Made by a program: the position numbers and the translations under genes. DNA of 64,000 bases from IMG/VR virus record IMGVR_UViG_3300021387_000143, positions 25,384 to 89,383 of that record. The stretch is one strand, 5' to 3'. Below, one piece after another: positions 28,323-39,300 of this stretch. Positions within the stretch are counted from its first letter, which is position 1. Each line of letters starts with the position of its first letter. This DNA is from a virus. Lineage: Duplodnaviria > Caudoviricetes. A model generated the notes under the pieces. The model searched no databases. It was not told the DNA's origin and saw only the letters and a program-made list of their open reading frames with translations.

Positions 28323-31300
28323 ATGACTGGGGATATTTTAAATGCGCTAAATTCTGCAAGAAAAACTATTGCAGAAGATAATTATGTTTCTGATTCTGTA
28401 AAAAGAGTCGAAAAAACTTTAAGTCCTACAGATATAAAAGATATAAATACTATATATGGAAGTACTAATACTAAACATTTAGATTTTGGGTCTGGAGAAA
28501 ATGATAGAATCGCTGCTAGGCAAGAAGCAAAAGCTAAAGCACAAGGTAAATGGGCGCAATTGAGAAACTCTGTATTTCAAGGTTTATATAATGAAGCGTT
28601 AGTTGGTACTGTTGCTAGTATTTGGGATTTGGCTGTTGCTGATTATGAGGCAATGATGGCAGTTAATCCATTATTTGCTGCATTTAGTGAAAATAATGTT
28701 TATAGAAGTGATGATTGGAAAAAAGTTGCTCAAAGTAGATTAAAAGTTGTATATGATAATGCTATTGCTAATAAATTATATGAACATCAAAATTATATTA
28801 GAGAAGATTTTGCACCAATATATAGAAATGAACAAACTCCTTTAGCTTTTGGTGAATGGTCTTGGTATATGGAAAATCTTCCAAATGCTGTTAGCACTTT
28901 AACTTTGTTATTACCTGCAGCTGGTGAAGCTAAACTAGCAGGATATCTAGGAAAGGGTGCTAGAATGGCTATGAATGTAGCAAAAGGAGTTAAAGCTACT
29001 TCAGGACTTCGTAAAGGTTTTGGTATTTCTAGAGCAACAGCAGGTGCATTAGCTAGAAGCAGTAGTGCATTGGGTGAAAGAGTATTAGAAAGTGGATTTG
29101 GTCAAGCAGGTTTAGGTTTAAAAATAGGAACAGCATTAGAAACTGTTGGTTCAAGACCAGCTACAATAGCTAAAGCACTTAGAGGACTAGAAGAAACTGG
29201 TATAGAAGCATTCACAAGTAGAACTTTGGAAGGCATACAAGAAAGTAGGGAAGTATATAGTCAAGTTAAAGAAGATATGAAACAAACATTATCTTCTATG
29301 AATGATGCTCAAAAAGCTAATTTTAGAAAGAATAATACAGAAAATGGAAAATATATATTTGAAGGAATGAGTGATGACCAAATAGCTGACCAAATAGCTT
29401 TAGAAAGTGCAAATAAAACATTTATAGATGATTATCAAGCATTAATATTTGATGTTGCACAATTTTATGCTCTTAGAAAATTTATTAAACCTATAACTAG
29501 TGCTCCGTTAACAAGAAGTGTTTATAATGCGCAACAAAGAAGTCTTGCTAGATTAAGTGGAACAGAAGCTGCTGAAAAAACTTGGCTACAATGGCAAGGG
29601 TATAAATTAAAAAATGCTTTTGGTAGTCCTAAAAATTTTGCTAAATCAGCATTTACAAGTATGGAAGCTGCTTCATTTTTTGAAATGCCTGAAGAAATGA
29701 TTCAAGGCATTAATACAGAAAAAGGAAAAGAAGTAGCTAAACATTATTTAGACCCAAATTATGTAGATAGAACTTATGAAAGTTATTTACGCGACCCTGC
29801 TATTTGGGATCAAGGAGTTTGGGGTATGCTTGGTGGTATGATATTTAATTATGGTGGTAGAGGTTTGTCCCATGCTGCAAAAAGAGGTAATGCTGAAATA
29901 CAAAAAAGATTAGGTCTTATAACTGAGGATGCATATAACGCTTTGTTAATGACAAATGATAAAGTTAGAGCGAAAAATATTGAAGGTAGAGGGGAATTAT
30001 TAGATGAGTATATTAATAAAATGAATTTAATAGATGGTGGTAGAAATCCATATAGAAGATATGTAAATGAATCTGGAGAACAATATTTTGATGAAGAAGG
30101 TAATGCTTTTGAATATGCACAAGAAACAGAAAGAGAAGCGTTAAGACTTAAAGCAACTGAAGAATATGTCACAAAATTAGCATTAGATGCTTATGAAACT
30201 GGAAATGCAACATTAATTAAAGAATATTTAAATAATGAAGATTTCCATAAACTAATAGAATCAAAAGGTGTTAAATTTTCAAGTGATGAAATTAAAGTTG
30301 GGGATTTTATAAAAGATACAGTAAATAATATATTTGAAACATACGAACAAAAACTTGTAGATGTTATAGAAAATACAGATGTAGATAGTGATGTTATAGC
30401 TAGAATGGTAGCAAGAGATTTAACATTATTAAATAATAGAAAAGAAAATAATAGTTACTTACTAAATTATTATACTGATGATGTTACAAATGATAATTAT
30501 AATACTGCACAACCTACTACAGCACAACAATATGTAGATAATTATAGAAAAAGATATGGACTTAATAGATTAAAGCAACTAATAAATACAAAAGAATATT
30601 TTAGATTATGGAAAGATGAAGGTAGAATTAGTGACCAACGAATGGCTGAAATAGAAGAAAAAGCTAAAAGAGGTGAAATAACTTCTGAAAGATTAGAAAT
30701 GTATAGACAAATACATCAAAATCAATTACAATTTGAAGCAACTGGTCATTCAACAGAATTAAGTGTAGCAGGGTATAATTCTTATATTAAAGACATAAAT
30801 AAAGAAATAAATACTATAACTAAGTATTTAACTAGTAATGGATTATTAAAATATACTTATAAAAATGATGAAAATGAAGAAACTACTATAGATTATTTAA
30901 ATGCAGACATTGCTGATTTACAAGATATAGCCTATGGAAAAACATATAGTGAAGAATTAAATTCATTGCCTAAAGAAGTAAAAAAGATATTTGATATAGT
31001 TACTAATGATGATATGTTTGGCGATGTAACAAATGAATTTAAGAAAAAAGTTGCTAGAATGGTAACTAGTGAAATAGAAGGTGCTCAATATGATAATGAA
31101 ACTCCTACAACAAAACAAGATTATAAAGATTTATATGATAAATATGCTTATACTTTAGAGAGATACACGAGTAATTTAATGGGAGGATATACTAGAGATT
31201 TAATGGAATATTTACAAGATTCAAAAACAATTGAAGAACTAGAAGATAGATGGAATAGAATATTATCAGGTCAAGTTAATGAAGATTTAGAAGATGCTGT

Positions 31301-34300
31301 TGATGCTCTAAGAATTGGTTATTTAAAGCTATTACAAAACGGTAGAGGTAATTTTTTCAGTGATATGGTTAATTCAGCATATATAGGTAGAAAAAATGAA
31401 TTAATTGGAGAAAAAAATAATAATGAAGAAAGAGAAAATATAGAAACTAGAAAAGGAACAAAAAGAAGAGTAGAAAAAACAGATAAAGAAGAAAAAACAA
31501 AAGAATCTAAAAAACCAAAAGAAACTGAAAAACCTAAACCAAAACCTAAAAAAGAAGAAAAGAAACCTATTATAGATCCTATTCCTGAAGAAGAAGGTGA
31601 TGGAACAATAGTTTTGCCAGATAAAAAAGATGAAGAAGTTAAAGATAAAGAAAAACCAAAAAATGAAGGTTATAATGGGGAAGAAGAATATGACCCAGTA
31701 CTTGTAGCCGGTTCTATAATAGAAAGTGCTGTTGATGATGTACTAGATGAAAATAAAGAATTAGTTAAAAAATTAGGTGATGAAATTGATTTAAATTCTG
31801 CAGAATATAAAGAGCTATTTGATAAAGTTAAAGTTACTATAGAAAACTCTGGAATGAATTATGATCCTAAAATGGATAGTATTATTCATAGTGCTATAAG
31901 TTTAGCTAAAGATTTAATGAAAGATGAAAATCCTGATGATATAGCTGAAGGTATAATGGGTTCTATAGGATTTTCAAAAATAATTAATATGGGAGAAACT
32001 TCTGTTGATGAAAGAATAGAAAAATTCTTAGAAGCTTATTTAAAAACTATAGCAGAAGTTGATTATAATGGAAAAAGAGTTGTAAATGTATATAAATTAA
32101 TGCAAATGTTATTAAATGATAGAAAGGTTAGTTTTGATATAGCATTGACAATAATTAAAAATCTACAAGATTATATTAAATCTCAAGATAAATATGTTTT
32201 TATAGGAATAAATAATGAATTTACTAATAATCCAAGAAGTTATTTAAGGAAGCTAGCACAAGTAAAAGGTGAAGCAACCATAGTAAACGGTTTAAGAATA
32301 AATAGAACTAATGTAGGAACTCTTAGTAGAATGGGATATGATACAGAAGAAAAGAGAATAGAATATTATAAATTAAGAAATAGATTATTACTAGATTTAA
32401 ATAATCCAAATGCTGAATCTGAACCAAAAATTAAAATGGAGCAAAATGGTGATAAATCTAATTCTGTTAGATTTATAATTGAATATAAAGATAAAAAAGG
32501 TAATAAACAATCATTAGAAATTGGTTACATTGCTGCTCCTACAAGAACAAATAATAACAAAACATATAGCATATCTTCAACTAATACAGGTTTTAATTAT
32601 TCTATTACAAATGAAGGTGAAGGGGTATTTACAGCTAATGTTGATGAATTTTTTAATGCGCTAATTTTTGAATCTAGTAATGAAGCTGAGGAATTAAGAC
32701 AAATATGTAGAAATTATGCTTTTAGAATTAGAGAAAGAATAAAATCAGGAATTTCACAATATAGATTTGTTGCTCTAGAAGAAGAAGAAGCAAAAAAACT
32801 ATTAGATAATAAATTAATAAAGCAATTAAAAGAGAAAGGATTAATAACTGTTTCTAATAGGGATAATGTTAAAACTACTATACAAGGTAAAACTATTAGT
32901 GGAGAAGTAAATGAAGCTAGTAGAATAATACAAATAATAACAGATGTATTATATAAAACTGATGAAGATTCTGCTGATACATGGAAGACTGATGATGCTG
33001 CTGCAGATTATATTTTAACAGCAAGTCCTGATGAAATTAAAACTAGTTATGAAAAATGGAAATATAGAATTTGGGATCAATATGATAGAAGTTATCAAGT
33101 TATAGAAAAATTTAATAGAAATCAGAAACAAAATTTCTCTACAAATATGATAAACCAAGTTATATTACATGTAAATACTAGTGATGAATTAACTAATGTA
33201 AATGATGTTGTATCAAATAATCCTAAAAATAGATTAGTTTACATGGATGCAGATGGTTCTATAATAGATGAAAATGGTAATAGATTGGGTGTATCATCAA
33301 GAATTAATGAACTTGCAATTTTAATAGACACTGGAAGTTATGTTCAAGCAAATGGATATGAACCTTGTATGGTTTTTGTTAATAAGAAAAATAAAATAGG
33401 AACTGGAGGAAGACTATATGGTAAACTGAAAGAAGAATTAACTAATATTATAAAAAGTCAATTTAGTGATGAAGATAAATCTCCTAACTTTGATGAAATA
33501 AAAAGAAAATTAAATTCTTTATTTGGAGTAAAAGGATTATTTAGTGGTTATCAAGTTATAGATTTTACAACTAATGGTTCAAGAATGATAGCTCTTGCAA
33601 CTACAGGAGAAGATAGTACAAATATATTAACATTTTATGAAAATGCTAATAATAATGGCAGAACTGGTGTATCATATAATCCTTTTGGAACTAAATTTAA
33701 TTTTATTCACAGTGCTGATAAAACACTTATAGCTGGAGGTTCAGAAATAAACGCTGTAGATTTAATAGTTTCATCTATTATGAATGGAGATATTTTAGGT
33801 CATACAATATCTACAGGTGTGTTATTTAATACTTCATTTGCTTTAGTTAAAAAAGACCCCGATAATGAATATATAGAAAGAAAAGATGGAAATATTTATA
33901 TAATGGGTGAAAAATATAATAGTGCTTTGGATTTTGTTATGAAAGAAAAAGCATTTGCCACTCATGCTAAAAAGAATAAAGATGGAAGTTTAATATATGG
34001 AACTCCGGAGTTTAAAACTTTATATTTAGATGTTGATAATGATAGTAGTACTAGAGAACAAGAAGCTATATCTGGAATAAATATAAAAATTCCAAAGCCT
34101 AATGAAAAAGTTAATACATTAGAATTTTTAAAACAATTAGGATTTAGAGAAGATTATATTAAAGAGTTAATGGGTTATTCTAATGAAGATGGAAAAACTA
34201 CATTGCCTTTAATTCCTGAAGAATTTATATTTAGTGGAGTTACAAACAAAGTTAAAAATAAAGAAAATCCATTACTTGGAGATTTTGAAGGTATATATGA

Positions 34301-36269
34301 TCATAAAAGTGGACAAATTAAAATATCTTCTTTAAGTGCTTTAGGTACTATATTTGGTCAAAGTAGAAGTGCTAGAAATAATCTTGTCAGAGTATTATTA
34401 CATGAGCAATTACATAAAGCATTATCTGCTAGAGGATTTGCTGGAAGACAAAGATTGTTTTCTAAGAATGATTCTAGTGCTAAAGAAATTGTAGATGAAT
34501 TATTGAAAATAGCTAAATTTGCATATGACAAAGTAAGCGATGATATAGTGAATGGAAATAATGTAGGTGGATTAAATAAAGATGCTTTAACTAAGATAAA
34601 AAATTATCTTGAAAATGTTGTTAATAAAACCGGTGTATATAAAGATAAAGACGATTTCTATATTGCAGAAGAATTTATAGTTGAGAGTATGACAAGAACA
34701 GCACTACTTAAATATTTTAATAATACTGAATATGGAAGTGTTACTATAGATAATATAGAAAATAGTAAGAAAACAATTTGGCAAAGAATATTTGATAATT
34801 TGTTAAAAATACTTAATAGATTAGGACTTAATATTGGTTCTATAAAAAATAATACTATCTTAGCAAGACAATATGAAATATTTGGAGAAACATTTAATAA
34901 AGAAGTACAAGAAGCAGAAATTCGAGGAAATGAAAAAGGTACAAAACAAAACAATTTTGAAAAAACTGGAAAAATCATAGAAGAAAAAGAAAAAGAATTA
35001 AATGAAACATTTGAAGGATTACAACAAGGTGAAAATGAAGAAGATTGGGAAAAAAATCATATTTATATATATATAGACCCAAATGAAGTTCATCATAAAA
35101 TAGATATATCTGTAACAAGACTTACTACTGCTAAATCTGATGGTAGTAAAACAGAATATACTGGACCTGAAGTTGCTGGACCAATTGGAACAGAACTTGA
35201 TGAATATTTCAGATTATATTTTGATGCTAATGCTATTGACCCGGATAATGTAGTTACAGAATTTGAGAATAATGGAAGTTTGAAATATTTGGATAAACTT
35301 ACTGATGCACAAAGAGAAGCATATAATGAAGTAGTAGAAAATATAAGACAACAAATATTGGATAAATTCAATTTAAGAGGAAAAAGATTTAAAATTATAA
35401 CAGGACAGACTACTGTTGCTGGAACAGTAGATATAAATGATAAAGGTTCCTTAAATGGAAAAAGACTTGTTGCTGGAACAATGGATATGATTATACTAAC
35501 TGAAGATGGTTATTATATATTAGACTTTAAAACTAGTAGAAATTTTGATGGTTCTAAACAATCTATTCAAGAATTTCCAAATACACATCCACAATATGGA
35601 AAACAAGTTGATTTATATAGTAAATTTATTGATGCTAACACAGATAAACTAGGAAAATGTTTAGGAAAAGCTTTAATAGTTGTAGGAGTTAAATATGGAG
35701 ATAATTTAAAATATAATAAAGATACTAGAAGAATTGAATCTGAAGAAGAAATACCATTTACATTAACTGGTGGATATGCTGTTATAGATGTTAGTGATGA
35801 GAAATATGGAGTGAATTATGAAATTACTAATTTTGTTGATACACTAATTGATGATAAAGGTATAGATTTTAATGATGAAGATGAAAACAACGATAATGTC
35901 GATAAGACAAAGAAAACAGACAATACCGATAATACAGATAATGAAGAAAATTTAGATTCCCCCATAGAGGGAGATAATGAAAAAGCTGGTGAATTTATTA
36001 TTTTTACTGAAGATGGTGAAGAAATAGATGAAGATTTTGATATAGAAGATGATTTTGAAGATATTTCAGAATCTAAATTTATAGATTTAGATGAAGTAAA
36101 TACTAGTGAAGAAGTTCAAAGTATTTTTTATGATTATTCTAATGAAGTAGTTATAAGTAATGTTGAACAATTTTCTAGTGAAAATGAGTTTTTAAAGTCA
36201 GTAGATATAGAACAAAGACCAAAATTAGCCTCCCTTATGGCTCGTGGCTTCGTTAAATTTGTCTGCTGA
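28323..36269 (+). CDS. Giant virion protein with zincin metallopeptidase motif and RecB-family PD-(D/E)xK nuclease motif
   Basis: 2648 aa; HEQLH at 34401-34415 with downstream AEEF; GTMDMIIL...ILDFKT at 35484-35534 and QVDLY at 35604-35618; acidic C-terminal tail. Confidence 0.75.
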   Translation: MTGDILNALNSARKTIAEDNYVSDSVKRVEKTLSPTDIKDINTIYGSTNTKHLDFGSGENDRIAARQEAKAKAQGKWAQLRNSVFQGLYNEALVGTVASIWDLAVADYEAMMAVNPLFAAFSENNVYRSDDWKKVAQSRLKVVYDNAIANKLYEHQNYIREDFAPIYRNEQTPLAFGEWSWYMENLPNAVSTLTLLLPAAGEAKLAGYLGKGARMAMNVAKGVKATSGLRKGFGISRATAGALARSSSALGERVLESGFGQAGLGLKIGTALETVGSRPATIAKALRGLEETGIEAFTSRTLEGIQESREVYSQVKEDMKQTLSSMNDAQKANFRKNNTENGKYIFEGMSDDQIADQIALESANKTFIDDYQALIFDVAQFYALRKFIKPITSAPLTRSVYNAQQRSLARLSGTEAAEKTWLQWQGYKLKNAFGSPKNFAKSAFTSMEAASFFEMPEEMIQGINTEKGKEVAKHYLDPNYVDRTYESYLRDPAIWDQGVWGMLGGMIFNYGGRGLSHAAKRGNAEIQKRLGLITEDAYNALLMTNDKVRAKNIEGRGELLDEYINKMNLIDGGRNPYRRYVNESGEQYFDEEGNAFEYAQETEREALRLKATEEYVTKLALDAYETGNATLIKEYLNNEDFHKLIESKGVKFSSDEIKVGDFIKDTVNNIFETYEQKLVDVIENTDVDSDVIARMVARDLTLLNNRKENNSYLLNYYTDDVTNDNYNTAQPTTAQQYVDNYRKRYGLNRLKQLINTKEYFRLWKDEGRISDQRMAEIEEKAKRGEITSERLEMYRQIHQNQLQFEATGHSTELSVAGYNSYIKDINKEINTITKYLTSNGLLKYTYKNDENEETTIDYLNADIADLQDIAYGKTYSEELNSLPKEVKKIFDIVTNDDMFGDVTNEFKKKVARMVTSEIEGAQYDNETPTTKQDYKDLYDKYAYTLERYTSNLMGGYTRDLMEYLQDSKTIEELEDRWNRILSGQVNEDLEDAVDALRIGYLKLLQNGRGNFFSDMVNSAYIGRKNELIGEKNNNEERENIETRKGTKRRVEKTDKEEKTKESKKPKETEKPKPKPKKEEKKPIIDPIPEEEGDGTIVLPDKKDEEVKDKEKPKNEGYNGEEEYDPVLVAGSIIESAVDDVLDENKELVKKLGDEIDLNSAEYKELFDKVKVTIENSGMNYDPKMDSIIHSAISLAKDLMKDENPDDIAEGIMGSIGFSKIINMGETSVDERIEKFLEAYLKTIAEVDYNGKRVVNVYKLMQMLLNDRKVSFDIALTIIKNLQDYIKSQDKYVFIGINNEFTNNPRSYLRKLAQVKGEATIVNGLRINRTNVGTLSRMGYDTEEKRIEYYKLRNRLLLDLNNPNAESEPKIKMEQNGDKSNSVRFIIEYKDKKGNKQSLEIGYIAAPTRTNNNKTYSISSTNTGFNYSITNEGEGVFTANVDEFFNALIFESSNEAEELRQICRNYAFRIRERIKSGISQYRFVALEEEEAKKLLDNKLIKQLKEKGLITVSNRDNVKTTIQGKTISGEVNEASRIIQIITDVLYKTDEDSADTWKTDDAAADYILTASPDEIKTSYEKWKYRIWDQYDRSYQVIEKFNRNQKQNFSTNMINQVILHVNTSDELTNVNDVVSNNPKNRLVYMDADGSIIDENGNRLGVSSRINELAILIDTGSYVQANGYEPCMVFVNKKNKIGTGGRLYGKLKEELTNIIKSQFSDEDKSPNFDEIKRKLNSLFGVKGLFSGYQVIDFTTNGSRMIALATTGEDSTNILTFYENANNNGRTGVSYNPFGTKFNFIHSADKTLIAGGSEINAVDLIVSSIMNGDILGHTISTGVLFNTSFALVKKDPDNEYIERKDGNIYIMGEKYNSALDFVMKEKAFATHAKKNKDGSLIYGTPEFKTLYLDVDNDSSTREQEAISGINIKIPKPNEKVNTLEFLKQLGFREDYIKELMGYSNEDGKTTLPLIPEEFIFSGVTNKVKNKENPLLGDFEGIYDHKSGQIKISSLSALGTIFGQSRSARNNLVRVLLHEQLHKALSARGFAGRQRLFSKNDSSAKEIVDELLKIAKFAYDKVSDDIVNGNNVGGLNKDALTKIKNYLENVVNKTGVYKDKDDFYIAEEFIVESMTRTALLKYFNNTEYGSVTIDNIENSKKTIWQRIFDNLLKILNRLGLNIGSIKNNTILARQYEIFGETFNKEVQEAEIRGNEKGTKQNNFEKTGKIIEEKEKELNETFEGLQQGENEEDWEKNHIYIYIDPNEVHHKIDISVTRLTTAKSDGSKTEYTGPEVAGPIGTELDEYFRLYFDANAIDPDNVVTEFENNGSLKYLDKLTDAQREAYNEVVENIRQQILDKFNLRGKRFKIITGQTTVAGTVDINDKGSLNGKRLVAGTMDMIILTEDGYYILDFKTSRNFDGSKQSIQEFPNTHPQYGKQVDLYSKFIDANTDKLGKCLGKALIVVGVKYGDNLKYNKDTRRIESEEEIPFTLTGGYAVIDVSDEKYGVNYEITNFVDTLIDDKGIDFNDEDENNDNVDKTKKTDNTDNTDNEENLDSPIEGDNEKAGEFIIFTEDGEEIDEDFDIEDDFEDISESKFIDLDEVNTSEEVQSIFYDYSNEVVISNVEQFSSENEFLKSVDIEQRPKLASLMARGFVKFVC
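35958..35973 (-). repeat. Dispersed motif copy (CTCCCTCTATGGGGGA on -)
   Basis: TCCCCCATAGAGGGAG on +; encodes SPIEG. Confidence 0.75.
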
Positions 36270-36285
36270 TAAATTATATGTTTTT

Positions 36286-36332
36286 AGTGCAAAGGGGCTG
36301 TAATCTAAAAAATTACAATCCCTTGCACTTTT
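36286..36332 (+). terminator. Probable terminator hairpin between the two giant genes
   Basis: AGTGCAA-A-GGGG-C-TGTAAT / ATTACA-A-TCCC-TTGCACT stem followed by TTTT. Confidence 0.7.
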
Positions 36333-36372
36333 ATAAAATCAATTCTTATTATACTGTTTAATCTTATAATGT

Positions 36373-39300
36373 ATGAGTTGTAAAAAGTATTCTATCTCTA
36401 TTCCTGGAGATATAGATGGCAAGTTGGCTAAAGCCATATCAGATATTAGCCAAAGTTTAGGATTTAAATATAAAACTATAGAAACTGCTCTTTCTATTAT
36501 TGCTGCTGAAAAATATGAAAGAGAAGATTTGCAGAAAGCTTTAGACGAAAAAGGTATTAATAAAATAAAGAAAGAATTAATTAATGAATACATAGCTCAA
36601 AATCCTACTGGAACAAATTCTATAGTTAGAATTTATGATGAAGATAATTTAAGAGGGTTTACAAGTGGTGTAGCTAAAGCTACAGCTATTAATTATGTCG
36701 CTTCTAATATTATATTGGAGTTACAAAGAAACATAAATACTCCAGAATCAGAACAAGAAACTAATGATAAAATTATAGAGAAGATTGTTAATGATTTAAG
36801 AAAACAATTATTTTTAAAAATTGATGAAATAATTAATGACCCATCTTATAAAGAAAAAAATAAAGATTTAACTCAAAGATTAATAGATGCATATGTTAAC
36901 AATTCTAGAAAATTAACAGAATCTATAGCTAATTATAATTCTATAAATAAAAGACTCAGAGCAATATCTTCAGCAATAAAAAAAGGTGAAGATAAATCTA
37001 AATTTAAAGATGAAGTAAAAGAATTAAATCGAGAGAAAGCAAGATTAACTGAAGATATTGCAGTTTTAAGAGGATATAAATATATAGATGCTATAAATAT
37101 TGTTAATGCTTTAAATAGAGAAGACTCATCTAATTTTAGAATTAGAGATTTTGCAAACTTAGTTAGTTTAGCTAGTGTTAATAGTAGAGATTTCTTTAAA
37201 GAAGTTGCTATTAATCAAGCATTAACTAATATAAATAAGTCATTTATTGATTCTCTTAATAATTCTCAAGTTCATTATCTTGACGATGATGTACAATCAT
37301 TTAATTCTGAAGATGCTATAATTATATTAGGAGCTAATGATGAAACTGATGAATATAGTAAATCTTGGAATGAAAATATTTTCAAAAGTTATACTCAATA
37401 TATAGATACAGCTATTAAATTTGAATTATCTACAATTCCTAGATTGACTGAATTTTATGATGATATGACTGCTACAATAAATAATGAAGAGAATAAATTG
37501 CCTTATGATACAGATAATCCCTTAGGAGTAAGAACATTTTATAATTATAAATTTGTAGTTCAACAATTAGTAAGACTTGGCAATTTTAATAGTCCTGATG
37601 ATTTCATTGAAAGTGTAGCAAAAATGGCAAGTAGAATAAAAGAACTAAATGGATTTAGTGTATTATATAATAAAATGTTATTTGATAGAGCTTTAGCAAA
37701 TAGAATATTTGTAGCATTAGGACAGCCAATAGTTGACAAAACTATTATTGATGTTGCAGATGGTCAATTAGATGTTAGTAATCCATTAGCTACTGCAGAT
37801 GTTGCAACCTATTTTAAATATAGAAATGTGTTCAAATCTACATTTTATGATGCTTATGATGTATTAGATGTAACAGGAGTTGAAAATTTAATTAAGAAAA
37901 TAAAAAGTAAAAATTTAAATATACGAGCAAAAATTAAAGAATTTAATCAAAATAAAAACTTAATAGTTTCTATATTAAATAAATATTTACCAACAGTAGA
38001 TAGTGATGTATTATTTAATTATATAAATGAGGATAGTCTTGAACAACAACAATTTAGAAGAATAAATGAAGTATTATCAATAGTTAATAATTTAGTAGAT
38101 GCAGCTTCTAAAGCATTAAATGAATTTAATAAAATAAATAAACAAAATAGAGATATATCTTTTTCAAATGCTTTTATTAGACAAAGTGGAGGAATTATAG
38201 ATGGTGTTACAGTTAAAGAACAAGAATATAAGAAATTTGATTTTTCTTCTTTAAATATTAGAGCACTTGATGCTTCATTAATAACATTATCAAAAATAAT
38301 AAATAGATATTCTGCTATAAGTATAGAATTAAATAGTAGTAATGCAGAAGGAAATATGTCAACTAATATGATGAAAAATTCATATTTTGGCAGATTCTTT
38401 CAAAAACTAAAAATGGAAGAAGAAGTACAAGATGATACAGGTCAAATTGTTACAATTAGGTCAGGATTAGAATCAATTAAAAATGAAGTAACAAAAGGTG
38501 AAAGTAATGGTGCTTCAAATCAATATGCGTACAATCCTATTTATTTTGGAATAAGAAATGCTAAAGGTTCCACTATTGTTCCTGGGTTATTTAGTAGAGA
38601 TGGGCAAAATGTTGTAACTACAAGAAATGCTCATAATATATTACAAAGTTCTTTATTTGATGGAGTACGAGATTTAGGAACTGTTAGAAGTGCTCTATAT
38701 AATACTATGAGTAGAAGTGATTATTTTTTGACACAATTCTTATCATTTCTGCATCCTGCTAAAAGAGTTATGAATGGAACATTCTCTGACACTCTAGAAG
38801 GTCATCCTAGAGCTGAATATTTTATGAGAACTCCATCAGATGCTCCTAAGAATTTTACAGTACAATATTTTAGATTAAATGATGTTGAACTTAGAGCAAG
38901 TTTTACTCAGCATTTAACTCAAGAATTGTGTGATTTTATAACACAATTAAATAATGTACTAAATGCAAATGATGATTTTTCTGTTAGAGAGGATACAACA
39001 GGATTAATAGATAGAGCACATCATGATAGAGGTAAAATAATTAAAAATGGTAGATTAGCTGGTAATCTTTTTAAGTTTAATAAATTGTTTAAAGTAGGCT
39101 CTTTAGATGTAAATGAGAGAATGGTTAACAGTCTTTCCCTCTACGGGGAGGGTAAAGATAGCCTTATTAAATATGACAGCGTTAGTGGTAAATATCGTCT
39201 TAATATGAATCAACTTGGTAAACTATTTACAATAGAAGATGGTAAAATTAAATTTATATTAACTAAAGAAACAAAGAAAATTATAGGCGGTATTGCTGGG

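Noticed and set aside
31440-31700. Lys/Glu/Pro low-complexity stretch, and the TDN x3 repeat at ~35917-35943
   Set aside because: Ordinary disordered linkers in a giant protein.
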